DNA of 64,000 nt, taken from Eggerthellales bacterium. Lineage in GTDB: Bacteria; Actinomycetota; Coriobacteriia; Coriobacteriales; Eggerthellaceae. This document shows positions 23,167 through 31,674 of the stretch, piece after piece (the first letter of the stretch is position 1; each line of letters starts with the position of its first letter). The notes under the pieces were generated by a model that was given only the letters and a program-made list of their open reading frames with translations, ran no database searches and was not told where the DNA came from. The translations under genes and the position numbers were made by a program. The stretch covers positions 24-64,023 of the forward strand of contig JAQXTF010000071.1 of the NCBI GenBank assembly GCA_029219345.1. The letters are read 5' to 3'.

Positions 23167-24102
23167 GTGGAATATTTGCTGGCCTTGCAAGAAGCGCGTG
23201 AAGCAGCTCCTGATTTTATGAATACATTCATAATGTTGGTGTCTGATTTCATCGCCAGCCCGCTGCCCATCTTCATTGGCGTGATCATTTTCTGGTCCAT
23301 TAGCAAGCGTGGCGGCTACCTGGTCATGAGCTGCTATATTGCGTGCGCGGCTATAAACCAGATGGTGAAAAACATACTGTGCGTGTATCGGCCGTGGATT
23401 CTGGATGCGCGCATTCACCCCTATGAGGCGGCGTTGCCTACGGCTACTGGTTATTCCATGCCTAGCGGCCATACCGCTATTGCAACGGGCTTTTTTGGCG
23501 GTTTCGCCATTTGGTTCAAGAAGAGAAAAGGCCTGGTAGCAGCATGTGTCTTCGCCATTTTGCTGGTTGCTTTTTCGCGCAATTGGTTGGGCTGCCACAC
23601 TCCTTATGACGTTTTGCTCTCAATGGCGCTCGGCGTAGTAACTATGCTGACTACCAACTGGGTGCTGCATGTGGTTGAGAAAAAGCCTCACTATGACCTG
23701 ATAGCGTCGGCGGTTTTCTTTGCTGCTAGCATCGGTTTTATGATAATTTGCTACTTCAAGTCGTATCCCGTTGATTACGATGCAGCCGGAAATATCCTGG
23801 TCAACGGCCACGAAATGCTCAAAGATTGTTACGAGAGCTTTGGCGCGCTTTTTGGCTTCAGCATCGCATGGCCCCTTGAGCGGCACTTGATAAGGTTCTC
23901 TGTTGAGGGATCGGTGAAAACTCGCGTGCTGCGCGTGGTGGTTGGCTGCGTCTTGCTGGGCGCCGCTTATGCTTTTGGAACCTTCCTGCTGCAGCCGCTT
24001 TTGGGCGAGGGCTTGGGCCGCTATTTCAAATACGCCCTCATTGTGCTGGTGGGCGTGGTGGGATATCCCGCGCTTTTCACCTGGTGGGAAAGGCGCCATT
24101 AG
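23167..24102 (+). CDS. PAP2-superfamily membrane phosphatase
   Basis: KNILCVYRPW, SMPSGHTA, and GCHTPYDVLLS (the three PAP2 motifs), with multiple TM segments. Confidence 0.75.
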   Translation: MEYLLALQEAREAAPDFMNTFIMLVSDFIASPLPIFIGVIIFWSISKRGGYLVMSCYIACAAINQMVKNILCVYRPWILDARIHPYEAALPTATGYSMPSGHTAIATGFFGGFAIWFKKRKGLVAACVFAILLVAFSRNWLGCHTPYDVLLSMALGVVTMLTTNWVLHVVEKKPHYDLIASAVFFAASIGFMIICYFKSYPVDYDAAGNILVNGHEMLKDCYESFGALFGFSIAWPLERHLIRFSVEGSVKTRVLRVVVGCVLLGAAYAFGTFLLQPLLGEGLGRYFKYALIVLVGVVGYPALFTWWERRH

Positions 24103-24392
24103 GCGAATTGTGCTGAAGTTTAGAGTGTAGCCGCTATCGGACCATCAGCTTCATGAGATAGCCGATGAGGGCGTACACGATGTATGCGTGGTGTGCCCTG
24201 GCTCTGTTGCCGATAATCTGGAAATCGCCATTGAGGTGGATATAGACCTGCGTCATATTTTCCGACTGGTTTGCGGTAATGACCAGGTTGCTTTACCTAT
24301 GCGCCCGCGCTGGGCACCAATCCCGGCCTTATCCAAGCATTGGCTGGTGCTATCGTTTCTTATAATCTGTTAAATTGCCAGGTAATTGAGCA

Positions 24393-24427
24393 TAAAAAAG
24401 GCCGCCAATAATGGCGGCCTTTGTTTT
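24393..24427 (-). terminator. Bidirectional rho-independent terminator (ends the gltX-thioesterase transcript and possibly the plus-strand PAP2 transcript)
   Basis: AGGCCGCC-AATAAT-GGCGGCCT flanked by AAAAAA on one side and TTGTTTTG on the other. Confidence 0.7.
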
Positions 24428-24440
24428 GTACGGGAACGAA

Positions 24441-24854
24441 TTAGCGGCTGCAGGTGGCAACCATGCGAGCGATGCTTTTACCCAGGTCATCCTTGATGTC
24501 TACCGTATAGAAGCCAACCTTGCGGCCCGACTTGTCAACGTTGCACTCGGCAATGAGTTTGGTACCACGAGAAGAGCTCAGATACTCAATAGTATTGCTG
24601 ATGCTCACCGTGGGAGCTTCGCCGATGTTGCAGGCAATGGCCAAGGTGAAGTCTGCCAGAGTAAAAATGGCACCGCCCATAACGGCGCCAAAACCGTTGC
24701 GATGAACGTCTTCGATAGTGAATTCGCAAACTGCATGACCCTTGGAAGCTTCCAATACAACGCACTTGCATGCTTCGGTGGCAAACTTGTCAGCAGCAAA
24801 GGCCTCGGCCACTTCTTCCAGGGTGGGTTCAGCGGAAAGATCGGTAACCAGCAT
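24441..24854 (-). CDS. PaaI-family hotdog-fold thioesterase
   Basis: HRNGFGAVMGGAIFTLADFTLAIA is typical of PaaI/YigI thioesterases. The start overlaps the gltX stop. Confidence 0.75.
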   Translation of the reverse strand: MLVTDLSAEPTLEEVAEAFAADKFATEACKCVVLEASKGHAVCEFTIEDVHRNGFGAVMGGAIFTLADFTLAIACNIGEAPTVSISNTIEYLSSSRGTKLIAECNVDKSGRKVGFYTVDIKDDLGKSIARMVATCSR

Positions 24855-26356
24855 TACTGTTCGTCTCCAAAGACGGTAGCCAGGGTGTAATCAATGCGAG
24901 CCACGATATCTTCGCGCTTCATCATCTCAATGCACTCGAACAGCGGGGGGGAAACCTGGGTGCCAGTGACGGCTACGCGCACAGGCTGGAAGACGAACTT
25001 GTTCTTCAGCTCCAGCTTTTCGGCCAGAGTGCCAACGGTGTCCTGCAAGGGGTCGCAGGCCCATTCAATGCTCTCATCAGCCATAATGGCGCGAACTTCG
25101 CGCAGGACTTCATCGGCTCGGCAGCCTTCCTTCAGCAGGTTCTTCTGCACTGACTTCTCGTCCAAGGTCACCTTGGCGCCATCGAACATGAAGGCAATCT
25201 TCTCGGGAACCTCAGAGAAGCGCTTCACGCGTTCGGCTAAAATGGGGTACAGCTTCTCGTACCACTCATGACGGGCGGCAATGTCTTCAGCGGTGACGAA
25301 GCCGGCTTCAATCATGAAGGGGGCGATTGCATCAACGAAGGCGGCAGCGCCCATGGTCTTGATATATTCGCCGTTCATCCAGTCCAGCTTGGTTTCATCG
25401 AACACGGCATTCTTCTTGGTGATGCGGTCCAGGCTGAACTTCTCGCAGAGCATGTCGCGGGGGATAATGGTGGTTTCGCCGTCCAGGGACCAGCCTAGCA
25501 GAGCCAGGAAGTTCACCATGGTGTCGGGCAGATAACCGCGATCGCGATACTCCTCAACGCTGGTGGCCCCGTGGCGCTTAGACAGCTTTTGACCGTCGGC
25601 GCCCAAGATCATGCTCAGGTGAGCGAACTGGGGAATAGGCTTTCCCAATGCCTCGTAGATGAGGATTTGCTTGGGGGTGTTGTTCAGATGGTCGGCGCCG
25701 CGAACAACATGGGTAATCTTCATGTTGGAGTCATCAACCACGCAAGCGAAGTTGTAGGTGGGGGAGCCGTCGGTGCGCACCAAAATCAGGTCGTCGACGA
25801 AGTCGCCGGGGAAGCTGCAGTGGCCGAAGGCGGCGTCATCAAACTCGATGGGGCCGTGATTCTCGGGCACAGCAAGGCGCCATACATGGGGCTCACCTGC
25901 GGCGATGCGTGCAGCGGCAACCTCAGGGTCAAGGGAGCGGCAGGTGCGGTCGTAGCCGTCGTAGCCGCCCTGCTCAGCCTTGGCAGCCTCGCGTTTGGCA
26001 TCCAGCTCCTCCTTGGTGCAGAAGCAGGGGTAGGCAGCGCCTGCGGCCTTCAGCTGCTCCAAGGCCTCGGTGTAGGTGTCCATGCGCTGCATTTGGGTGT
26101 AGGGGCCGTAAGGACCGCCTACTTCGGGACCTTCATCCCAATCAAGGCCCAGCCAACGCATGGCGCGAAGGATGACCTGGGTGTTCTCTTCCGTAGAGCG
26201 CTCGGGGTCGGTGTCCTCAATGCGCAGGATGAACTTGCCGCCGTTGGCGCGGGCGAAGGCCCAGTTGTAAATGGCGGTACGGGCGCCGCCAATGTGCAGG
26301 CGGCCGGTGGGCGAAGGCGCAAAGCGCACACGCACTTCCTTGGGAGTTTCAGTCAT
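24854..26356 (-). CDS. gltX: Glutamate--tRNA ligase
   Basis: RVRFAPSPTGRLHIGGARTAIYNW (HIGH) and KLSKRHG (KMSKS). Confidence 0.95.
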   Translation of the reverse strand: MTETPKEVRVRFAPSPTGRLHIGGARTAIYNWAFARANGGKFILRIEDTDPERSTEENTQVILRAMRWLGLDWDEGPEVGGPYGPYTQMQRMDTYTEALEQLKAAGAAYPCFCTKEELDAKREAAKAEQGGYDGYDRTCRSLDPEVAAARIAAGEPHVWRLAVPENHGPIEFDDAAFGHCSFPGDFVDDLILVRTDGSPTYNFACVVDDSNMKITHVVRGADHLNNTPKQILIYEALGKPIPQFAHLSMILGADGQKLSKRHGATSVEEYRDRGYLPDTMVNFLALLGWSLDGETTIIPRDMLCEKFSLDRITKKNAVFDETKLDWMNGEYIKTMGAAAFVDAIAPFMIEAGFVTAEDIAARHEWYEKLYPILAERVKRFSEVPEKIAFMFDGAKVTLDEKSVQKNLLKEGCRADEVLREVRAIMADESIEWACDPLQDTVGTLAEKLELKNKFVFQPVRVAVTGTQVSPPLFECIEMMKREDIVARIDYTLATVFGDEQ

Positions 26357-26365
26357 GCTAGTTCC

Positions 26366-27118
26366 TTATCTATTGAAGCGAACGCTGGAAGCGTTATTTC
26401 TACGACGGGGCTTGCGAAGACGCAAACCAACGCAAACAGACAGTATAGAGAGAAGAAGGGTAGTTGCGAACCAGATAGTGCCCATTCCCACCCAAAAACC
26501 TTCTGGAAGGCTGCAAATGAGCAGGCTCTTGTACCAGAACACCCAGTTTCCCTGGGGGAAGAACAACTGATGGAACTGGCCGAAGAAGCCTTCGAAATCC
26601 ATGAGGGCAGCGCCGCCTGCTACGAGAAAGGCAGCAATCAGAAAAGCGCTAGTGGTCACGAGGACGGTGCCCAAGGCTTTGCGACTTATGCGCACGCGCA
26701 CGTGAGCTGCGGCGGCAATGGCCAGCACGGCAATGACGATGAGCGGGATGCGCACCATTTCCAGGATGTGGTAGCAGTCATCCAAGTGGCTGATGGCTGC
26801 AGCGTCCAGGCGATACTCCTCGCCGCGTGCGTTTTGAGGCGCGCGTCCATCGGCTTGAGCTTGGGCTAGCAGCTGATCCATCTTGGCGTCAAGCGCTTCC
26901 GCGTTGTGGCTTCCGAAGGAGTAGTCGCGAATCTCCACTGCCATTTCCACGAGCTCGTTGTGGGTGTAGGGGGAGATGCCGTCAGTCACCGTGGCGTTAG
27001 CCAGAAGACGTGTGGGAAGCGAAGTTCCCGCGCACGCCAAAAACCCGGCCGCCACAAAAGTGATAGCCAGGCAAATAATTGCCACAATAGTGGCTCCTGC
27101 GTTGATTAGTTTCTTCAT
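26366..27118 (-). CDS. Integral membrane protein, TIGR01906/DUF1461-like
   Basis: N-terminal TM segment, a soluble loop with SPYTHNELVEMAVEIRDY, and three C-terminal TM segments. The family assignment is from memory of that architecture only. Confidence 0.45.
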   Translation of the reverse strand: MKKLINAGATIVAIICLAITFVAAGFLACAGTSLPTRLLANATVTDGISPYTHNELVEMAVEIRDYSFGSHNAEALDAKMDQLLAQAQADGRAPQNARGEEYRLDAAAISHLDDCYHILEMVRIPLIVIAVLAIAAAAHVRVRISRKALGTVLVTTSAFLIAAFLVAGGAALMDFEGFFGQFHQLFFPQGNWVFWYKSLLICSLPEGFWVGMGTIWFATTLLLSILSVCVGLRLRKPRRRNNASSVRFNR

Positions 27119-27150
27119 TGTTCACGAATTAACTGGTCGTTTATTAACAA

Positions 27151-28578
27151 TTAGCAGCAGCTACCGTCGCAGCCGCAACCGCGGTCGGGTAGTTCGGGCG
27201 CAAAAATGTCGCCGCAATCAACCCAAATGGTGGCGCTGGTGATGCCGGCCTGGTCCTTGGAAATGGTGGCGCGGGGTCCCAGACGGCTGAAGACGCCCAT
27301 GAACTGTCCGTTGTACAAGTACAGGCCGTTCAGGTTGTTGTACCAGGCGGGCTCGAAAGCGGTCTTGCCGCCCTCCAGGTCTTCGGGGGTTTCGGGAGGC
27401 AGCGTCAGGGTCTTAAACTGGGTAACGTAGCTCTGGATGATGAAGGGCTGACCTGCGGCGTTGTTTGCGAACTTTGCTAGCAGCTCTTCCCAGCGCTCCT
27501 GGGTCTGGCCGCAACCGGCATATACGTCCTGTGCGCCATAAGCGTCGGTGGGCTTGATAATCCAAGCGTCCTTGTTGGCGCGAACTTCCTCCAGGTTGAT
27601 GTGCTCATCGTCCAGGAAAGTGGTCATGGGAACGGTACGCTTTACAAATTCGTTTTCCTCGTCGGTAAGGAATGCCTGAGTGCGCGTATCGTACAGTGCG
27701 CTGAAAATTTGCTTGTCGTGCACCACGTGGCCGGCGAAGCTGCCAATGAGGCATACCTTTTGGGCGCGCACGGCGTTAATGAGGTCCTGGGACTGATCCC
27801 AGTATTCAATGACATCGTTAGTCACGCAACGGCGCCAAATGGCGTCAATGCGATTACCTTCCTTGTCGCGCAGCACTTCGCCATCGAACTTCAGGTCGCG
27901 CACATCGGCAACAACGCAGGGATAACCCTTGCGGGTGAATTGGTCGGCAAACAGGTGGAACTCGTCAACAACGCCGTTCTCAAGGTAGTCACAAATGGCG
28001 AAGCGAGGCTTACTCACGGCCAGCTCGGAGTTTTCGTAGATGTCGATGAAGCGATGAATCCAGTTTTGGAACAGCTCGCAGGTTTCAATGCGGTGACCAT
28101 TGGCGATGAACTGCTTAAAAGCGGGGGTGCGGGTGATGGACAGGGTGATTTCGCGGTTTTCGTTCATGCCCGAGGAGCCATCGCCATTGAACTCGCAGAA
28201 GCGAATCTCGCCCGTATCTTCGTTCAGGAAGGTGTCCACGCGGGCAAAGGGAAGCAGGTCTTTGTAGCCGCGAGGCAAAAGGATAAGGTCAACTAGGCGC
28301 GGGTCGAAATCGAACACCTGGCGATAATCAGGGTCGTCCAGATAACGCTGGATAACCTTGCACAGAATACGGTGGGCGGTTTCCGAGGTGCTCTTCATGA
28401 CATCGTAGGTCTCGCGGTTAAACAGGCGGGGCACATAAGAGCAAGCTACATGCTGGTGATGCACGATGGCGGTGCTTTGGGCCATGTACTCGGCTGCTAC
28501 TTTGCGGCCCTCAACGTCACCGTCAAGGTCGCGGATGATCTGCAAATACTCGTCGGTTAGCTGGGCGTTTGTTGCCAT
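27151..28578 (-). CDS. ATP-grasp superfamily protein (glutathionylspermidine-synthase-like pre-ATP-grasp) with a C-terminal Cys cluster
   Basis: FARVDTFLNEDTGEIRFCEFNGDGSSGMNE resembles the R.D...E.N.D nucleotide/ligand motif of GspS-like ligases. The C-terminus is PDRGCGCDGSCC. Confidence 0.5.
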   Translation of the reverse strand: MATNAQLTDEYLQIIRDLDGDVEGRKVAAEYMAQSTAIVHHQHVACSYVPRLFNRETYDVMKSTSETAHRILCKVIQRYLDDPDYRQVFDFDPRLVDLILLPRGYKDLLPFARVDTFLNEDTGEIRFCEFNGDGSSGMNENREITLSITRTPAFKQFIANGHRIETCELFQNWIHRFIDIYENSELAVSKPRFAICDYLENGVVDEFHLFADQFTRKGYPCVVADVRDLKFDGEVLRDKEGNRIDAIWRRCVTNDVIEYWDQSQDLINAVRAQKVCLIGSFAGHVVHDKQIFSALYDTRTQAFLTDEENEFVKRTVPMTTFLDDEHINLEEVRANKDAWIIKPTDAYGAQDVYAGCGQTQERWEELLAKFANNAAGQPFIIQSYVTQFKTLTLPPETPEDLEGGKTAFEPAWYNNLNGLYLYNGQFMGVFSRLGPRATISKDQAGITSATIWVDCGDIFAPELPDRGCGCDGSCC

Positions 28579-28818
28579 GGGATGCTCCTTTTACAGGGTA
28601 TTTTAAGCGATTTTTGATAAGAGCTATTTTACGCGAAAAGCCTTGTCGACAGGGGTAAAAGGCCCCATGCGGTGCAGTAATTGGGCAACGGTACATATGC
28701 TCATGGGCTTTTTGTGGGTTAGTGTTCAGGCGAGTTGAAAAACTTGAGTTCAATGAACATAGAATATATATTGCACTATGAACAATCGTGTGCATGTATC
28801 AGGAAAGGATATGCATTC

Positions 28819-30579
28819 ATGGTTACCTTTAACGAGTTTCGTGTGCTTAATGAGCTTCGTCAAGGTTTGGTTCAGACTCAAAGGCAGATCGCACAGGCTA
28901 TTGGATTGTCGCTGGGAACCGTCAACGGCGTGATTAAGGGTCTGAAAACTAAAGGACTGCTTTCACAGGATATGCAGGTGACCCAGGAAGGCATGCAGGA
29001 TTTAGAGCCCTATCGCGTTCAAAATGCCGTAATTCTTGCGGCGGGTATGGCGTCGCGCTTTGCACCGCTGTCTTTCGAAAAGCCCAAGGCAATGTTTGAA
29101 GTGCGAGGTGAAGTGCTCATTGAACGCCTCATCCGTCAGCTCAAAGAGGCGGGCATCAGCGACATCACGGTGGTTGTTGGCTACATGAAGGAGACCTTCT
29201 TCTATTTGGAAGATGAGCTGGGCGTAAAAATTGTGGTGAACCCCCTCTACGCCGAGCGCGGCAACCACGCTTCTTTGTATTGCGCCAAAGAAGTTTTGGG
29301 CAATACCTACGTCTGCTGCTCCGACGAGTATTACACCGAAAACCCCTTCAATGCTTATGTATATCGCCCCTATCTTTCCGCAGTGCCCGGCGAAAGCGTC
29401 AAAAAGAAGTACGTGCTTACCGCAGACTCTTCCCGCAAGATTACTAAAATTTCTCGCTCTGGCGAAAACTGCTTGTATTTCGTGGGCCCCGCCTACTTTG
29501 ATAAGGGGCTTTCTCAGCAGATTCTCGGGTTTATCCAGGACGAATACGATGAGCCCTCCATTAAGGGCAAGCTATGGGACGATATTATGTCCGACCATAT
29601 TGGCGAACTGGATATCCACGTGAAAGCCTACCCGAAAGAGACCATCTACGAATTTGATTACGTGACCGACCTGGTGGCCTTCGATCGCGACTTCTTCGCC
29701 AACGTGGACAGCCACATCCTGGACAACATCTGCAACACCTTGAGCTGCACCCGCGATGACATCTCCGATGTAGAGCCGGTGAAGGCGGGCCTCACCAATC
29801 TGAGCACCCTGTTCTCCGCCAAGGGCGTGAAGTACATCTACCGCCACCCCGGCACGGGCACCGATGAGATTGTTAACCGCAAGGCCGAGGCCTTCGCCCT
29901 GCAGGTGGCCAAGGAGCTGGGATTGGACGACACCTTCATCTACGAAGACCCCCAGGAGGGCTGGAAGATCAGCCGCTACATCGAGGGCTGCGCCGAGCTG
30001 GACTACGGCAACCGCCAGCAGGTAGCTCGCGCCCTGCAGATGGCGCGCCAGCTGCACACCTCCGGCAAGCAGAGTCCGTACTCCTTTGACTTCTACCACG
30101 AGGGCCTGAGCATTATCCGCATCCTCCGCGAGATGAAATACCCGCTGCCCCGCGATTTCGACTCCCTGGCCGCCCGCGTGGGCGACATCGCCGACAAGAT
30201 GCACCAGGAGGCGGGGGAGCCCGTGCTGTGCCACAACGACTTCTACGGCCCCAACTTCCTGGTGAAGGGCGACGAGATGCGCCTCATCGACTGGGAGTAT
30301 GCGGCCATGGGCGACGCCGCCTGCGACCTGGGCAACTTCGTGGCCCAGGGAAGCGGCTACACCATTGAGGAGACCCTGGACATCCTGCCCCTGTACTACG
30401 GGCGCCCCGCCACGGAGCAGGAGCAGAGGCACTGCCTGGCTGCCGTGGGCCTGGTGGGCTGGTACTGGTACGTGTGGGCCATGTATAAGGGGGCCATGGG
30501 AAACCCTGTGGGAGAGTGGCTTTACATTTGGTATCGCGCTGCCAAGCAGTTCACTGAGGCTGCTGAGAAAATGTACTAA
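28819..30579 (+). CDS. Three-domain protein: winged-HTH + LicC-type nucleotidyl(cytidylyl)transferase + LicA-type choline/ethanolamine kinase (paralog 1)
   Basis: wHTH: TQRQIAQAIGLSLGTVNGVIKGLKTKGLL. Nucleotidyltransferase: AVILAAGMASRFAPLSFEKPKAMF. Kinase: LCHNDFYGPNFLV and LIDWEYAAMGD. I prefer the ATG at 28819 after AGGAAAGGA; the ORF track starts at the TTG at 28735. Confidence 0.8.
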   Translation: MVTFNEFRVLNELRQGLVQTQRQIAQAIGLSLGTVNGVIKGLKTKGLLSQDMQVTQEGMQDLEPYRVQNAVILAAGMASRFAPLSFEKPKAMFEVRGEVLIERLIRQLKEAGISDITVVVGYMKETFFYLEDELGVKIVVNPLYAERGNHASLYCAKEVLGNTYVCCSDEYYTENPFNAYVYRPYLSAVPGESVKKKYVLTADSSRKITKISRSGENCLYFVGPAYFDKGLSQQILGFIQDEYDEPSIKGKLWDDIMSDHIGELDIHVKAYPKETIYEFDYVTDLVAFDRDFFANVDSHILDNICNTLSCTRDDISDVEPVKAGLTNLSTLFSAKGVKYIYRHPGTGTDEIVNRKAEAFALQVAKELGLDDTFIYEDPQEGWKISRYIEGCAELDYGNRQQVARALQMARQLHTSGKQSPYSFDFYHEGLSIIRILREMKYPLPRDFDSLAARVGDIADKMHQEAGEPVLCHNDFYGPNFLVKGDEMRLIDWEYAAMGDAACDLGNFVAQGSGYTIEETLDILPLYYGRPATEQEQRHCLAAVGLVGWYWYVWAMYKGAMGNPVGEWLYIWYRAAKQFTEAAEKMY

Positions 30580-30629
30580 ATCCACCTTCTTCGTGGACAT
30601 GGTTGCGGCCTGCACCGTTTTGGGTGTAT

Positions 30630-30661
30630 AAACCTGCCAAATTACCCCATCATTTGGCAGG
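30630..30661. repeat. Copy 2 of the identical 32-nt palindromic hairpin. Here it is followed by a T-tract and probably acts as a terminator.
   Basis: Exact match to 19400-19431 and 44221-44252. It is followed by GATTTTTG, 51 nt after the stop of the licCA-like gene. Confidence 0.9.
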
Positions 30662-30681
30662 ATTTTTGAAAGGAATTTGTT

Positions 30682-31470
30682 GTGTCTTTGACTTTTGAGC
30701 AGTTCGAAGAGCTAAACGCAAAATACGAAAACGGCAGCGCCACCGCCGAAGATCTGGAGGCCTTGGAGCCCTATCGCGCCAAGCGCGCCGTGCTTTTGGC
30801 CAGCGGTTTTGGCAGCCGCATGCTTCCTATTACCCTGAATACGCCCAAGCCTTTGGTAAACGTGAACGGACGCCGCATCATCACCACCATTCTTGATGCG
30901 TTGCTGGCCATTGATGTGCAAGAAATCTATATTGTTACGGGCTACCTGAAGGAATGTTTTCAGCTTCTGAAGGCTGACTATCCTATGATCACGCTTCTGG
31001 AAAACCCTATCTATGATTCCACCAACAATATCTCGTCTGCCTGCGTGGCCAAGGAATGCTTCCAGAACGCCTATGTGTTCGAGAGCGATTTGTTCTTGAG
31101 CAACCCGAGCCTTCTGAAGAAGTATCGCTATCAGTCGTGCTACATGGGCGTGTCGGTGGAGCAGACCCCTGACTGGTGTTTTGACGTGACCGATGGCCGC
31201 ATAATGGACCTGCACAAGGGCGGCACCAACTGCTATCACATGTACGGTATTAGCTATTGGACTGCGGAAGATGGCGCAAAACTAGCTGTTGACCTGCCTG
31301 AATGCTTTGATGCCGACGACGCCACCAAGCAGCGCTTCTGGGATGATGTGCCCTGCTGCATTCGCCACGATAATTACCATTTGGCCATTGTGCCTTGCAC
31401 CTTCGATGACGTGGCTGAGATTGATTCTTTTGTCGAGCTGCAGGAGATAGATCCTCGTTATCGCATTTAA
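30682..31470 (+). CDS. LicC-like nucleotidyltransferase (CTP:phosphocholine cytidylyltransferase family)
   Basis: AVLLASGFGSRMLPITLNTPKPLVNVNGRRII...IYIVTGYLKECF parallels the pneumococcal LicC N-terminus. GTG start follows AAAGGAA. Confidence 0.75.
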   Translation: MSLTFEQFEELNAKYENGSATAEDLEALEPYRAKRAVLLASGFGSRMLPITLNTPKPLVNVNGRRIITTILDALLAIDVQEIYIVTGYLKECFQLLKADYPMITLLENPIYDSTNNISSACVAKECFQNAYVFESDLFLSNPSLLKKYRYQSCYMGVSVEQTPDWCFDVTDGRIMDLHKGGTNCYHMYGISYWTAEDGAKLAVDLPECFDADDATKQRFWDDVPCCIRHDNYHLAIVPCTFDDVAEIDSFVELQEIDPRYRI

Positions 31471-31490
31471 AGGTTGTTTTACGAATTATC

Positions 31491-31520
31491 AGGGGCGTCT
31501 TGCGGGCGCCCCTTGCTTTT
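31491..31520 (+). terminator. Rho-independent terminator after the licC-like gene
   Basis: AGGGGCG-TCTTGCGGG-CGCCCCT followed by TGCTTTT. Confidence 0.6.
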
Positions 31521-31574
31521 CGCTCTCTAAATGCTATTATTCTCAAGCTGTATAGTCGCGTATCAAGCGACATC

Positions 31575-31663
31575 CATTATCCAGAGTCGGGGGAGAGAGT
31601 TGGCTCCGTGATCCCGACACCAACCAGGCAAGAGCTATGGTGGTCCGGCCAACACCGATGAAG
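31575..31663 (+). promoter_or_regulatory. Candidate SAM riboswitch (SAM-I clan, SAM-I/IV-like) controlling metK
   Basis: CAUUAUC-CAGAG-UCGGG-GGAGAGA-GUUGGCUC-CGUGA-UCCCGA-CACCAACC ... GGUGGUCCGGCCAAC ... GAUGAAG matches the order of the SAM-I core (UUAUCaAGAG, GAGGGA, UGGCCC, UGA, GCAACC, GGUGCCAA, P1 closure). The 3' strand of P1 runs into the metK SD (AAGGAGG). Confidence 0.6.
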
Positions 31664-31674
31664 GAGGTTTTCTC

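Noticed and set aside
24134-24256. A 40-codon minus-strand ORF (MTQVYIHLNGDFQIIGNRARAHHAYIVYALIGYLMKLMVR) between the PAP2 gene and the bidirectional terminator
   Set aside because: It is below the ORF-track cutoff, has only a weak GGAAAA upstream, and matches no recognisable family. It could be a small hydrophobic-tailed peptide or a gene remnant, but I cannot support it from sequence alone.
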